This document shows, piece by piece, positions 9,094 through 19,270 of a stretch of DNA of 64,000 nucleotides (its first letter is position 1; each line of letters starts with the position of its first letter). Position numbers and translations under genes: made by a program. Source of the stretch: Longimicrobiales bacterium (GTDB taxonomy: Bacteria; Gemmatimonadota; Gemmatimonadetes; Longimicrobiales; Gaopeijiaceae); contig OY730414.1 of the NCBI GenBank assembly GCA_963422615.1, positions 992,001 to 1,056,000 on the forward strand, in the 5' to 3' direction. The notes under the pieces were generated by a model. The model was not told the origin of the DNA. It did no database searches and worked only from the letters and a program-made list of their open reading frames with translations.

Positions 9094-10029
9094 ATGATCG
9101 AACCGACGAAGGCCTCCGCTCCGGGGTTGCCGGGGCCGTCCGTCTCTTCCGGGTGGCTGGCGGCGAACCTGGGCCAACCCGGCCTCGTGGTTCTCGACGG
9201 CTCCTGGTACCTTCCGGCCATGCAGCGGGACGCAACCCGAGAATTCCGGGATTGCCGAATCCCGGGAGCCCGGTTCTTCGACATCGATCGATGCAGTGAC
9301 CCACTCCCCTCCCTTCCTCACACGCTTCCTGCGCCGGAACACTTCAAGGAGTGCGCCGAAGAAGCCGGCGTGTCGGATTCTTCTTCCGTCGTGGTCTACG
9401 ATGCATCCGGTGTCAACCTGAGTGCCCCCCGGGTGTGGTGGACCTTCCGCTATTTCGGGTTGAAGACCGTGGCGTTGCTGGATGGCGGACTGGGTCACTG
9501 GAGGAGGTTGGGATACGCCACAGAATCGGGGGAGCCGGGGAGAAGTCCGGCAGTCAATGGATCCTTTACACCCGTGCCCCGGTCCCGGCTTCTCCGCACG
9601 AGGGAAGATATGATGGGGGCGATCGCCGCCGAGGACGTTCAGATCGTCGACATGCGCCCGCCGGGTCGGTTCGTTGGCTTCGATCCCGAACCGAGAGTCG
9701 GGCTGCGACGCGGCCACATTCCAGGGAGCCGGAACGTTCCGTACACCGCGCTGGTGGACCCCGGTACGGGCCGGGCCGTTAGCAATGAGGCCCTCCTGCG
9801 CCTCCTCAGCGAGGCAGGGGTGGATCCAGCGAAAGACTTGGTGGGCACATGCGGTTCAGGAACGACTGCGTGCGCCTTTGCCTGGAGCATGGCCCGGTCC
9901 GGATACGACGATGTCGCGGTCTACGACGGGTCATGGTCCGAGTGGGGTAGCCGGGAAGACCTGCCCGTTGAGACAGGGCCTGCTGCGGTCGGTTCCCCGG
10001 GGGACGAATCGGGCGAACCGCTCCCGTGA
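9094..10029 (+). CDS. sseA: 3-mercaptopyruvate/thiosulfate sulfurtransferase (tandem rhodanese)
   Basis: LDGSWYLP, IPGARFFDID, RVWWTF, GHIPGS, CGSGTTAC active loop, YDGSWSEW. Confidence 0.88.
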   Translation: MIEPTKASAPGLPGPSVSSGWLAANLGQPGLVVLDGSWYLPAMQRDATREFRDCRIPGARFFDIDRCSDPLPSLPHTLPAPEHFKECAEEAGVSDSSSVVVYDASGVNLSAPRVWWTFRYFGLKTVALLDGGLGHWRRLGYATESGEPGRSPAVNGSFTPVPRSRLLRTREDMMGAIAAEDVQIVDMRPPGRFVGFDPEPRVGLRRGHIPGSRNVPYTALVDPGTGRAVSNEALLRLLSEAGVDPAKDLVGTCGSGTTACAFAWSMARSGYDDVAVYDGSWSEWGSREDLPVETGPAAVGSPGDESGEPLP

Positions 10030-10448
10030 CGTCGTTGGGGGTGTTTCTCGGCGGTGAAGGTGCCCCGTCTGGCTCCCAGGATCCAGTTTCCGGACAGAAA
10101 GTCTCCGTCCCGCGCAAGGCGCAGAATCAATGATCCGTGGTCGGTTCTTGCCCCGATCCTCACGTGGTCTTCGCCCGTGTCAACCCCGTCAATCCGGGCG
10201 GAGATGCCCCCCGCCACCAAGATGCCCCGGTAGTGTCCCGGGTGCCCCCGAATCTCCATCGTCCCCTCGGACACTCGGCCTTCGGAAGCCAGGGTAACGG
10301 TGTAGATCCCCACGGGATCAAAGCGGATCGTCCCCTCTCCCCCGGTCGCGCACCCTCCCGACAACCCTGCCGCAAGAAGGGGCAGCGCCCTCCACGCCAG
10401 TCGGGAGATCCGCTGGATCAGCCTGAAAGCGCGACCCCGGTAATCCAA
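9921..10448 (-). CDS. Hypothetical lipoprotein (start uncertain; 3' end overlaps sseA)
   Basis: LPLLAAGLSGGC lipobox followed by a beta-rich domain. Confidence 0.4.
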   Translation of the reverse strand: MDYRGRAFRLIQRISRLAWRALPLLAAGLSGGCATGGEGTIRFDPVGIYTVTLASEGRVSEGTMEIRGHPGHYRGILVAGGISARIDGVDTGEDHVRIGARTDHGSLILRLARDGDFLSGNWILGARRGTFTAEKHPQRRHGSGSPDSSPGEPTAAGPVSTGRSSRLPHSDHDPS

Positions 10449-10684
10449 TCCGCAACCGAATGGATACCGGTCAACACACCCTCACCCACTGCGGCAAGCG
10501 TGGTCCCCACAACCGTCTGGTCCAGCAGGCCCAGCCACACGGCCAAGCCCGTCACGATTCCGACGGGCACGATGACCTTTAGCGCGACCCGCGCGACCTC
10601 CCTGAACACCGCCCAGACCAAGCCGACGAGAAGGATCAGAATCACCAGTTCGCCGACGAGAGCGGGAGTTGCCAATTCACTCAC
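10418..10684 (-). CDS. Small hypothetical membrane protein
   Basis: 88 aa with 2-3 hydrophobic helices; GGGAGA RBS-like element upstream. Confidence 0.55.
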   Translation of the reverse strand: MSELATPALVGELVILILLVGLVWAVFREVARVALKVIVPVGIVTGLAVWLGLLDQTVVGTTLAAVGEGVLTGIHSVADWITGVALSG

Positions 10685-10809
10685 CCTTAGTCTCCCTCAT
10701 CCGAATAAGCACACGATCGTACCTGCATCTACGGAGAATTCCGGGATCCGTATTCACCCGGGGCCCCAACACCCCGACCGCCGTTGCTCGTCGGCTATCG
10801 CCCTCCCCC

Positions 10810-11103
10810 TCATCCTCCCCAGGAAATTCTATCCTTCAGTCCCTTTGCCGCTCGAAAGGCAGGGTACTGCTTGGCTTCGACTGTAATGGCCTCCCCCGTT
10901 CGGGGGTTCCTGCCCGTGCGAGCCGCCCGGTGGCGGGACTCAAAAGTCCCGAATCCTCCGACCGAGACCTTGTCGCCTGCGTCAAGCGCATCGGCGATCA
11001 CCCCGTAAACGGGGTTGAAGATCTTATCCAGGACGTCGGCGGACTGAGCTTGGCTCAATCCGGATTTCTCCGCGAGCTTCCTGGCCATCTCCGTTTTGTT
11101 CAT
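10810..11103 (-). CDS. hup: HU-family DNA-binding protein
   Basis: MNKTEMARKLAEKSGLS...GFGTFE...ARTGRNPRTGE...PAFRAAKGLKD. Confidence 0.93.
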   Translation of the reverse strand: MNKTEMARKLAEKSGLSQAQSADVLDKIFNPVYGVIADALDAGDKVSVGGFGTFESRHRAARTGRNPRTGEAITVEAKQYPAFRAAKGLKDRISWGG

Positions 11104-11399
11104 TCCGCTTTTCCAGTAAGGTGGGTATTGCTGAACCCGGCCACTGCGGGGCACCGGATGTCGGGTTTCGGGGGCTCGTCTGCTCAATTTCCTGCGGGCG
11201 GTGTTTTGCCGAAGCGCCGTCGTTAGAGACACCCGCTCACCTGACAATCTACAATAGAACGTGCCCGCTGTAGTGAAAAGTTCCCGCACAAGGAGCCTTT
11301 CATTCGCGCGGCCGACGCCGGCCCGCCCAGGTGCCGGTGTTCACAGGATGCCGCAGAAACTGAAGGCCGCATCAACTAACAAGTCAAGGAGAGCCTCCC

Positions 11400-12443
11400 G
11401 TGAATGCTGCCATCTACCGAGAATACCGGGGGCCGATCGGGATTGAGTCGCTGCCGGACCCGGATCCGGAACCCGACGGGGTCGTACTCCGCGTGGAAGC
11501 CAACGGGATTTGCCGGAGCGACTGGCACGGTTGGTCCGGGCATGATCCGGATATCGTGCTGCCTCACGTACCGGGCCACGAGATCGCCGGGGTCGTGGAG
11601 GAAGTCGGTCCCGAGGTGACGCGCTGGCGGAGAGGGGACAGGGTCACGGTTCCCTTCATTGCCGGGTGCGGGCGGTGCATGCCCTGTCGGCAGGGGGACT
11701 CCCAGGTGTGCGACCGACAGTTCCAGCCGGGCTTTCACGGCTGGGGCGGATTCGCCGAACGGGTTGGGCTTCGTCAGGCGGACCTGACCCTAGCGGTGCT
11801 TCCGGAAGGGGTCGATTTCGTGACCGCCGCCGCCCTTGGTTGCCGGTTCGGTACCTCGTTTCGGGCGGTGCGGACACAGGGCCGGGTCAGGGGAGGCGAC
11901 TGGGTGGCCGTCCACGGCTGCGGTGGGGTCGGTCTGGCTACGGTCATGATCGGCCGGGCTCTCGGTGCTCGCGTCGTGGCCGTGGACATTCGCCGGGAAG
12001 CGCTGGACATGGCCCTCAAACTCGGCGCCGCGGAGGTGGTGAACGCCAAGGAATCGCCGAACGTGGTTGAGGCGATCCGGGAGCTTTCCGGCGGCGGCGT
12101 CCACGTATCTCTTGACGCGTTGGGTCACCCCGACACGTGCTTCAACTCGGTCGCTTGCCTGAGGAAACGGGGACGCCATGTGCAGGTGGGTCTCGTCACC
12201 GGCGGTCACGGCCACGCCCGGGTGCCCATGGACCGTGTCATTGCCTGGGAATTGGAGGTCGTGGGAAGTCACGGGCTGCAAGCACACGGCTACGACCGCA
12301 TGCTGAGGATGATCGCCGCCGGGCAGCTGGATCCGGGCAAACTGGTGACCCGAACCGTCTCCCTGGCGGAGGGGGCTAAGATCCTAGCCGGAATGGACGG
12401 CTACGAGCTCACCGGAATTGCCGTCATCAACTGCTTCAAGTAG
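11400..12443 (+). CDS. Zinc-dependent alcohol dehydrogenase family protein
   Basis: GICRSD, GHEIAG, CGRCMPC...C structural Zn site, GCGGVG. Confidence 0.9.
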   Translation: MNAAIYREYRGPIGIESLPDPDPEPDGVVLRVEANGICRSDWHGWSGHDPDIVLPHVPGHEIAGVVEEVGPEVTRWRRGDRVTVPFIAGCGRCMPCRQGDSQVCDRQFQPGFHGWGGFAERVGLRQADLTLAVLPEGVDFVTAAALGCRFGTSFRAVRTQGRVRGGDWVAVHGCGGVGLATVMIGRALGARVVAVDIRREALDMALKLGAAEVVNAKESPNVVEAIRELSGGGVHVSLDALGHPDTCFNSVACLRKRGRHVQVGLVTGGHGHARVPMDRVIAWELEVVGSHGLQAHGYDRMLRMIAAGQLDPGKLVTRTVSLAEGAKILAGMDGYELTGIAVINCFK

Positions 12444-12659
12444 AAGCGGTGGGAGGGCTTCTTGGAGGGGCCGGGCCTCCTCAATCGCCCGTGGGCTCAT
12501 CAAAGCCGTTGCCGCCACGATGTCTCTCCGCCACCCGGAGGCGTTGTGCCCGTTCCAGCTTGGCTTCGTGGTCGTCAGGAGGTCGGCCACACAGGCGCCG
12601 AAGGAGGGAACCTGGAGCTTGAGGATGTGCTTGAAGCCCCGGGTCCGACAGGTACACCG

Positions 12660-13757
12660 TCAGCCGTTCCCCCCTGCGCTCCGGACCCCACGGTAGACTT
12701 CCAAGTTCCCCTCCACCATGGCATCCGTCGTAAACCGGTTCTCCACCCGGATCCGGGCCCGACGGCCCATGGCGCGGCTCAATTCCCCGTTGCCGGCGAG
12801 GTTCGCGATGGCTGCGGCCAGGGCGGGAGCATCACCCGGCGGGACCAGGACACCCGTCTCTCCGTCCACCACGACTTCCGGGAGTCCGCCTGCGGAGGCG
12901 GCGATCACCGGAATGCCCGCGGCCCCGGCCTGGAGAGCCGCGACGCCCAGGCCCTCTTGTTGCGCCGGGTGAACGCAAAAGTCGAAGGCGCCCATCCAGT
13001 CGTGTAGATCGCTCCTGAATCCCACGAAACGGAGCTGGTTCCCGACCCCCGCTGCTTTGGCGAGGTCCGCTACTTCACGCTCACCGGAACCTTGCCCGAA
13101 AAGAACCACCGTCGGCGCGATGCCTTCCCGCTTCAGGAGTTCCAGAGCAGTAACCAGGACCCGGTGGCCCTTTCGGGGAATGAACTGGGCGACCATGGCC
13201 CCAGCGGCCACGCCCCGGTCCACCCCGAACTCCCGATCCAGGGAACGCCTGGCCCGAGGCGCCTGCCACCGGGCAGCGTCGATCCCCGAATACACAAGGG
13301 AGACCTTCTCCTTTGGCACCCCTTGGCTGACCAGAACATCTCGGACTGCGCCGGATATGGCGATTACGTGACGGTAGAGGGGGTATTTGGCCTTCGCGAA
13401 CCAGGGCGCCTCCCGATGGTCCACGCGGCGGGTCAGGATCTTCGGAACTCGGGTCGGAAGCGCCGCGACGGCCCCCAGGGTGTCGGCACCGCGGCGGGAG
13501 TGGAGGTGGACCAGCGCGGCCCGGTGGCGCCGGAAGCGACGTCCCAGCGCCCAAAGCGCCCTCGGGTCCCCTTCGCCGGCATAAGAGAACGCATCCACGG
13601 GGAGTCCCCACGTCGCGGCTTTTCTTGCGACGGCCGATCCCCGGGGGGCCAGGAGCACCGACGCGACGCCCCGATCCAGAAGTCCCCGGACCAGGTAGAG
13701 CACTTGCAGGGCGCCACCATAGAGGTGGCGTCCGGTTTCCACGTGCACCACGCTCAC
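12660..13757 (-). CDS. Glycosyltransferase family 4
   Basis: YGGALQV, KGHRVL, EGLGVAALQAGAAGIPVIA...GGLPE. Confidence 0.88.
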   Translation of the reverse strand: MSVVHVETGRHLYGGALQVLYLVRGLLDRGVASVLLAPRGSAVARKAATWGLPVDAFSYAGEGDPRALWALGRRFRRHRAALVHLHSRRGADTLGAVAALPTRVPKILTRRVDHREAPWFAKAKYPLYRHVIAISGAVRDVLVSQGVPKEKVSLVYSGIDAARWQAPRARRSLDREFGVDRGVAAGAMVAQFIPRKGHRVLVTALELLKREGIAPTVVLFGQGSGEREVADLAKAAGVGNQLRFVGFRSDLHDWMGAFDFCVHPAQQEGLGVAALQAGAAGIPVIAASAGGLPEVVVDGETGVLVPPGDAPALAAAIANLAGNGELSRAMGRRARIRVENRFTTDAMVEGNLEVYRGVRSAGGNG

Positions 13758-14914
13758 GGGAGGATCGGGAGCGGGCCCGCCGGAGGGCCCGCCCGTACGT
13801 TTGGCTTACGCGCCGCATGCGGGGCCGCTTCGGCTGGGGGATTCTCCGCCAAACACGATTCCACCGCCAGGAGAACCTCCCCTACGGACAGGTCGTCCAT
13901 GCAGTCAATGCGGCCGCCGCACGTCAGCTTTCCCCTACAGGGGGAGCAGCTGCGCCCCGAGTGGAGGATCGTGGCGGCGGGGCCGGGCGGGTCCAGATAG
14001 GGGGTGTTGGACCCGAAGAGGAGCACCGCCGGGCGGCCGTAGGCGTGGGCCATGTGGCTGAGCCCCGTGTCCACGCCGACAAGAACGCTACATCGGGAGA
14101 CGATGGCCGACGCCTCACCCAGGGTCGTCCTGCCCACCAGATTCACCAACGGCCCGGACGCTCGGGGGGGTGACGGGCGACGTGGCTCTCCCAGGATTCG
14201 CTCTGCGGCGGCCCGGTCCGCCGGGCTCCCGAGGAGCACGACGCCCAGTCCGGTCCGTTCCCGAAGGTCCCGGATCAGGGACGTCCATCGGTCCTCGAAC
14301 CAGTGCTTGTAGGAGCGGGTGGTAAAGGGGCACGTCACGATGAATCCCCGTTCCAACCCTTCCTCCTTCACGATCCGCGCCACCACGGCCACCTCGGCCG
14401 GGCTCCGGGGAATCTCCATGCTGAAGGGTTCCGACTCCAGGCCGAGGATCGAGGCCAGGCGAAGGTATTCGGACCCGATCTGGCGGGAGTCGCCGCCTCG
14501 CTCCACCACCTTCGTCATCAGCCAGGGAGACCCCTCCCTGGAGCCCAGTCCGATCCTGACGGGAGCCCCGGAAAGGAGCGCGACCGCCCCACTCCGGAGG
14601 AGTCCCTGTGCGTCGATGACGACGTCGAAACGGCGACTTCGAAGGGCATCGGCGAAGACGTAGACCGCCTTGAGAAGCGCATTCCAGTGTCCTCGGAGGA
14701 ACATGCGCTTCCACGCAGCCCGATCCCAGATGATCACTTCGTCCAGGTGAGGATTCTGACGGATCACGTCGGTTGTCCGCGCTTCCGCGGCCCATGCGAT
14801 GTGGGCTTCGGGGTAGCTGCGCCGGAGGGCTCCCGCCAGGGGCGACGCGAAGACCAAGTCGCCTCGGGCCGAGAGTCGGACCACGAGGATCTTGCGGGTG
14901 TGCCCGGGAATCAT
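13754..14914 (-). CDS. Glycosyltransferase family 9 (LPS heptosyltransferase-like); ORF could extend to 14989
   Basis: ILVVRLSARGD, FDVVIDAQGLLRS, VDTGLSHMA. Confidence 0.88.
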   Translation of the reverse strand: MIPGHTRKILVVRLSARGDLVFASPLAGALRRSYPEAHIAWAAEARTTDVIRQNPHLDEVIIWDRAAWKRMFLRGHWNALLKAVYVFADALRSRRFDVVIDAQGLLRSGAVALLSGAPVRIGLGSREGSPWLMTKVVERGGDSRQIGSEYLRLASILGLESEPFSMEIPRSPAEVAVVARIVKEEGLERGFIVTCPFTTRSYKHWFEDRWTSLIRDLRERTGLGVVLLGSPADRAAAERILGEPRRPSPPRASGPLVNLVGRTTLGEASAIVSRCSVLVGVDTGLSHMAHAYGRPAVLLFGSNTPYLDPPGPAATILHSGRSCSPCRGKLTCGGRIDCMDDLSVGEVLLAVESCLAENPPAEAAPHAARKPNVRAGPPAGPLPILP

Positions 14915-15059
14915 CGACCCCGAGCGGGGTGACGGTAGCCCGGGGCCCGGTGACGGTTCGGCGGTTGGTCCGGGATTTGAAACCCCCATGCGTGTCGGAG
15001 AGTCATCCTTGAAGGTTATGATAAGCTGACGGCCTCACAACTCCCGTATCCCGGAGCCC

Positions 15060-16361
15060 ATGACCGGACAGCTTCGCAATGTTGCCCTGGGTCTGGGGTT
15101 GGCCCTCTACCGGGTTAAAAGACACCTGGAGACCGGAAGCTGGGGCGGGGACGTGCGGGGCCGAAACGGAGTCCTGCTGGCGCTTCGCAGGAGGGCGCCG
15201 GGGCCGCGAATCCTGGTCCACGGAGTCAGCGTCGGCGAGACCCACGCCGTCAAGCCCCTGGTCCGAGCCCTCGCGAACGCTTCCGCCAACGTGGACGTGG
15301 TGGTGAGCGCGAGCACCGAAACCGGCTTTGCCCGGGCTGCGCGGGTCCACCAGGGTCGGTGTGAGGTCGTCAGGTTCCCCCTGGACTTCACGTGGATGGT
15401 GCGCCGGTTTCTGGACGTCGTTCGCCCCGATCTGGTTGTCCTCGCCGAGCTGGAACTCTGGCCTTCGTTTATGGCGGAGTGCGCCCGGCGGGGCGTTCCC
15501 GTCTGCGTTGTAAACGGTCGGATGTCGGCGCGCAGTTTCCGGGGCTACCGGGTATGGCACCCCCTGGTCAGAGGAGTGTTCGGCCAACTGGCCCTTGTGA
15601 TGGCCCAGACCGAATTGTATCGGGACAGGTTCCGGTCCCTGGGAGTTCCCACCCGGAAGGCGGTCGTCGAGGGCAGCCTCAAATGGGACGCAGCATTGGA
15701 GCGGCCCAATCCTGCCGTGGCGGAGGCGCTTGCGTCGGAGATGGGGATCGATCGTTGCCGACCCCTCGTCGTGGCGGGATCCACCGGCCCAGGAGAAGAA
15801 GAGGCGCTCCTTCGCCGCGTTCCCCACGGCTGCCAGCTTCTTCTGGCGCCGCGAAACCAGGACCGGTGGGATGAAGTGGCGAATCGAATTCCGGGCATTC
15901 GCCGCCGAAGCCGTTGCGGGGACGAGGCCGTCACCAGGGCGCGCGCGCTGGGGGACTTGACCGGGCCGAGTGCTGCCAACGGGGACGCCACCCCGTCGAC
16001 GGGAGCGGATGTCTTTCTCCTGGATACCTTGGGAGAGCTCCCCGCCGCCTACTCTCTTGCCGATGCCGTCTTTGTCGGACGGAGCTTGGTCCCCATGGGC
16101 GGATCCAATCCGCTGGAGTCCATCGCCTTGGGGAAACCCACCGTGATCGGCCCCCACTACGAGAACTTCGACGGGGTCGTGACGGAGCTCTTGGAGAATG
16201 GTGGCGTGGTGGTGAGCGCCAGGCCCATGGAGGTGATCCGCGAATGGCTGGCCGATCCCGAAGGGGCGAAGGCCGTGGCCCGAGGAGGGAGATGCGCCCT
16301 AGACCGGAACCGCGGGGTGGCCCTTCGGATGGCCGAGCGGCTGCTGGGACTGTTGGACTGA
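15060..16361 (+). CDS. waaA: 3-deoxy-D-manno-octulosonic acid (Kdo) transferase
   Basis: HGVSVGE, ELELWP, VNGRMS, GSLKWD, DTLGEL, GGSNPLE. Confidence 0.88.
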   Translation: MTGQLRNVALGLGLALYRVKRHLETGSWGGDVRGRNGVLLALRRRAPGPRILVHGVSVGETHAVKPLVRALANASANVDVVVSASTETGFARAARVHQGRCEVVRFPLDFTWMVRRFLDVVRPDLVVLAELELWPSFMAECARRGVPVCVVNGRMSARSFRGYRVWHPLVRGVFGQLALVMAQTELYRDRFRSLGVPTRKAVVEGSLKWDAALERPNPAVAEALASEMGIDRCRPLVVAGSTGPGEEEALLRRVPHGCQLLLAPRNQDRWDEVANRIPGIRRRSRCGDEAVTRARALGDLTGPSAANGDATPSTGADVFLLDTLGELPAAYSLADAVFVGRSLVPMGGSNPLESIALGKPTVIGPHYENFDGVVTELLENGGVVVSARPMEVIREWLADPEGAKAVARGGRCALDRNRGVALRMAERLLGLLD

Positions 16362-16545
16362 AGGCCCACAGAACTGGCAAGACACTCGCCCCCCGAACCG
16401 GCCCACGCGAAGCGGAGGTTTCCGTGAGGTGGCCACCCGGACTTCCATTCACTATTGTCCCCGGGCGTTCCGATGTTCCCGCGCCCCCGAAAGTCCCGGG
16501 GTCCGGTCCGGCAACCCCTGCTCTGCTCAATCAAGGAGTACCGTA

Positions 16546-17106
16546 ATGGTTACCGTAGCCGCCCTCTGGCTCCCCATCCTCATTTCCGCGGCCATCGTCT
16601 TCGTCGTGAGTGCCATGGTTTGGATGGTCATGCCTCATCACAAAAGCGACTTTTCCCCGGTAGCGGATGAAGACGGGCTCATGGATGCCGTCAGGAAGAG
16701 CGCCGGGAAGCCCGGTCTGTACTACTTTCCTTTCGCCGACGGGAAGGATTGGAACACGGAAGCGTACCGGGACCGGGTCCGTAGCGGTCCGGTCGGCCTT
16801 CTTCGCGTACGGGACCCTGGCGCCGTTCTCGGCATGACGCCGGCTCTGGTCAAGTCGTTCATCTTTTTCCTGCTGGTCAGCACCCTGGTGGCCTACATCA
16901 CGACTGGGGCCCACGACGCCGGCGCACCCTACATGTCGGTGTTCGGGACCGCGGGTCCGGCCGCCTTCTTGGCGTACGGCCTGGTCGGGGTCCAGGAGAG
17001 CATCTGGTTCGGGCTTCCCCGGTCGGTCGCTTTGAAGCATGCCCTTGACGGGTTCGTATACGCGCTCCTCACGGCGGGGGTCTTCGGTTGGCTCTGGCCA
17101 GCCTGA
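16546..17106 (+). CDS. Hypothetical integral membrane protein
   Basis: AAGGAG RBS, MVTVAALWLPILISAAIVF..., 4 hydrophobic segments. Confidence 0.75.
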   Translation: MVTVAALWLPILISAAIVFVVSAMVWMVMPHHKSDFSPVADEDGLMDAVRKSAGKPGLYYFPFADGKDWNTEAYRDRVRSGPVGLLRVRDPGAVLGMTPALVKSFIFFLLVSTLVAYITTGAHDAGAPYMSVFGTAGPAAFLAYGLVGVQESIWFGLPRSVALKHALDGFVYALLTAGVFGWLWPA

Positions 17107-17114
17107 ACGAACGA

Positions 17115-17579
17115 ATGAGCGATACGGTCTACGAAGCCAGGATCAGGATCCAGCGCACGCAAGGTCCCCACCGACTCGCGTATCTTCCCGCCTGCGACGG
17201 ACCCGTGGAGTTCGGGGTGCACGGGGCGGTGGCGGAGCATTACGGCGTCGAAGCGGTCAAGGAGACCACCACCACCCTGGACTACATTATGGCGGCGACC
17301 GGTGGCTGACTCGTCGGTACCTTCGGAGGCGTGCTGGAGGCACGCGGGATCCGGGCTTCGGACGGGCGTCTTGGGGCAGATGTGTGGGGACGGGTCGGCA
17401 AGGAAGACGGTGTCCTCATCATCCGCAGCATACACGTCAAGTACGCCCTGAGGGCTTCCTCGGAGGACGAAGAGACGATTCGGAGGGCGTTTGAACTGCA
17501 CCCCATGCAATGTCCGGTCTACCGAACCCTCCGGGGGTGCATCAAGATCACGACGGAACTGAACATCGCCGGGGATTGA
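17115..17579 (+). CDS. OsmC/Ohr-family protein with in-frame UGA (probable selenocysteine) at 17307-17309
   Basis: Two adjacent ORFs are in the same frame: ...LDYIMAATGG-UGA-LVGTFGGVLEARGI...HPMQCPVYRTL. The UGA sits at the position of the first catalytic Cys, with hairpins just downstream. Confidence 0.75.
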
Positions 17580-17678
17580 ACGGCTTTGGAACCCTTGGCT
17601 CGGCTTTTGACGTAAAGGGGTAGCGGCGAGCGGCCCGCAAAGGGAGTTTCGGACACCCGCACGCAAGGATTCAGCGCC

Positions 17679-17741
17679 ATGGCCCAGATTCTCCGACGCA
17701 TCCTTCGCCTCCTTCTGGATTGGCTCAGGAACAAAATCTGA
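17679..17741 (+). CDS. Candidate 20-aa amphipathic micropeptide MAQILRRILRLLLDWLRNKI
   Basis: AAGGA 9 nt upstream of ATG, intergenic position, helical periodicity of hydrophobic residues. Confidence 0.4.
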   Translation: MAQILRRILRLLLDWLRNKI

Positions 17742-17923
17742 AGGGTCCGGGGGCACTGGCCGCCGCACCCTGGGGAACACAACACATAACGGAAAAGTTC
17801 ACGCATTATTCCATCCACGCTCCTTGCGGGGGCGGGGTTTGCGTTCATGCGTCGGTCTGCATCCCCATAGCATCTTGGCGTCGAAGCAATCAGTGTCTCT
17901 CCTGTTGGACCCATCCTCTTTTC

Positions 17924-19270
17924 TCAGGGCCCGCGTTGTCCTTCTCCCCCGCCCGAGAAACCCCCGGACCGCTTATCTTTCCGGCTCGCCTGCCCGGCCA
18001 ATGTTGCGAAGAGTTCTTCGTAGGCTACGGCCATGCGGTCGGCGTCGAAGTCCTGGGCTCTGCGTCTCATCTCTGGTACTGGGACGGAGTCGCCGTCCAG
18101 CACGCGGATGAGGGCCTTTGCGAGGGCGACCGGATCTCCCACGGGAACCAGGGCTCCCCACCGTCCCCTGCCTAGCAGGTCTGCGGGTCCGTTGGGGGCG
18201 TCGGTGCTGACCACGGCGAGGCCGCACGCCATCGCTTCGACCAGCACCATGGCGCATGCCTCATAACGGGAAGACAGGACGACCATCCTTGCCCGTCGCA
18301 TGTAGCGGTACGGGTTCTCGTCGAAGTCCAGGAACTCCAGGTCCTGCGCCGACTGGCCGGCCACGGCCCGCAGGCCCGCGCGGTACGACTTGGAGCTGCC
18401 GCCCATGATGACCAGACGAACCCGGTGCTGTCGCCGGACCCGGACGAACGCCCTGACCAGCGTGGCGTGGTCCTTGAGGGGGACCGGCCGGCCGGCCGTC
18501 AACAGGACGGGAACCTGGGGATCGTTGAACCAAGGGTGGTGGACCGGACGGTGGCTTTTGCGCCGTATGTCTTCCAGCCGTAACAAGTTGGGGAGATAGT
18601 GCAGAAGCTTGTGGGGCACGCGCACGACCCGTACCACTTCGGCGCAAATGCTGGGACAGACGCCTACCACGCCCCCCGCCTCAGGATACGTCTGGCGCGC
18701 CCGGGCCAACTCCCCCGCCTGGTAGCCCCGGGAGACGACCGAATGCACCGAGGCCACGGTGGCAACGGGTCTGGAAAGGCGGCTGGCCGCAAGGATGACG
18801 CCGATATTCGTCCAAACGGACGTTCCATACAGAAGCATCGGTCGTGCGACTTGAGCGTAGCGGGCAATGCTGGCCGCCGACAGCACCTCCTTGAGCACAT
18901 CACGGACTCGCGTCCGGATGCCCCGACCTTGTGTCCCGTCGCGGGGATAGCGCTTGCGCAAGCCCAGCCAGGTGCGCGCCAACGCCAGGGGGCCGACCCA
19001 CAACGGCCGGATCGAGATGCCCCGCTTCCGGCAACTCCGCAACAGCCGCGCAGGATTTCGGATCGGCACGTAGTAGACACGCGTGCCGTGGGGAATCGCG
19101 TCATGGAAATCTCCGAACGGGCGCAGTAGAAGCAGGTCAACGCGGTGCCCTCGCCGAATGAGGGCATCGGCCAGCGTAAGCGTAACCCGCTCCGCACCTC
19201 CTCCGGCCAAGGAGGTCAGTACCATGCCGATGTGCAAGCCGCCGTCCGGGGCCGACTTGGGGTCATTCAT
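17924..19270 (-). CDS. Glycosyltransferase family 4
   Basis: LAGGGAERV, KDHATLVRAF, NPYRYM, SSRYEACAMVLVEAMACG. Confidence 0.85.
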   Translation of the reverse strand: MNDPKSAPDGGLHIGMVLTSLAGGGAERVTLTLADALIRRGHRVDLLLLRPFGDFHDAIPHGTRVYYVPIRNPARLLRSCRKRGISIRPLWVGPLALARTWLGLRKRYPRDGTQGRGIRTRVRDVLKEVLSAASIARYAQVARPMLLYGTSVWTNIGVILAASRLSRPVATVASVHSVVSRGYQAGELARARQTYPEAGGVVGVCPSICAEVVRVVRVPHKLLHYLPNLLRLEDIRRKSHRPVHHPWFNDPQVPVLLTAGRPVPLKDHATLVRAFVRVRRQHRVRLVIMGGSSKSYRAGLRAVAGQSAQDLEFLDFDENPYRYMRRARMVVLSSRYEACAMVLVEAMACGLAVVSTDAPNGPADLLGRGRWGALVPVGDPVALAKALIRVLDGDSVPVPEMRRRAQDFDADRMAVAYEELFATLAGQASRKDKRSGGFSGGGEGQRGP

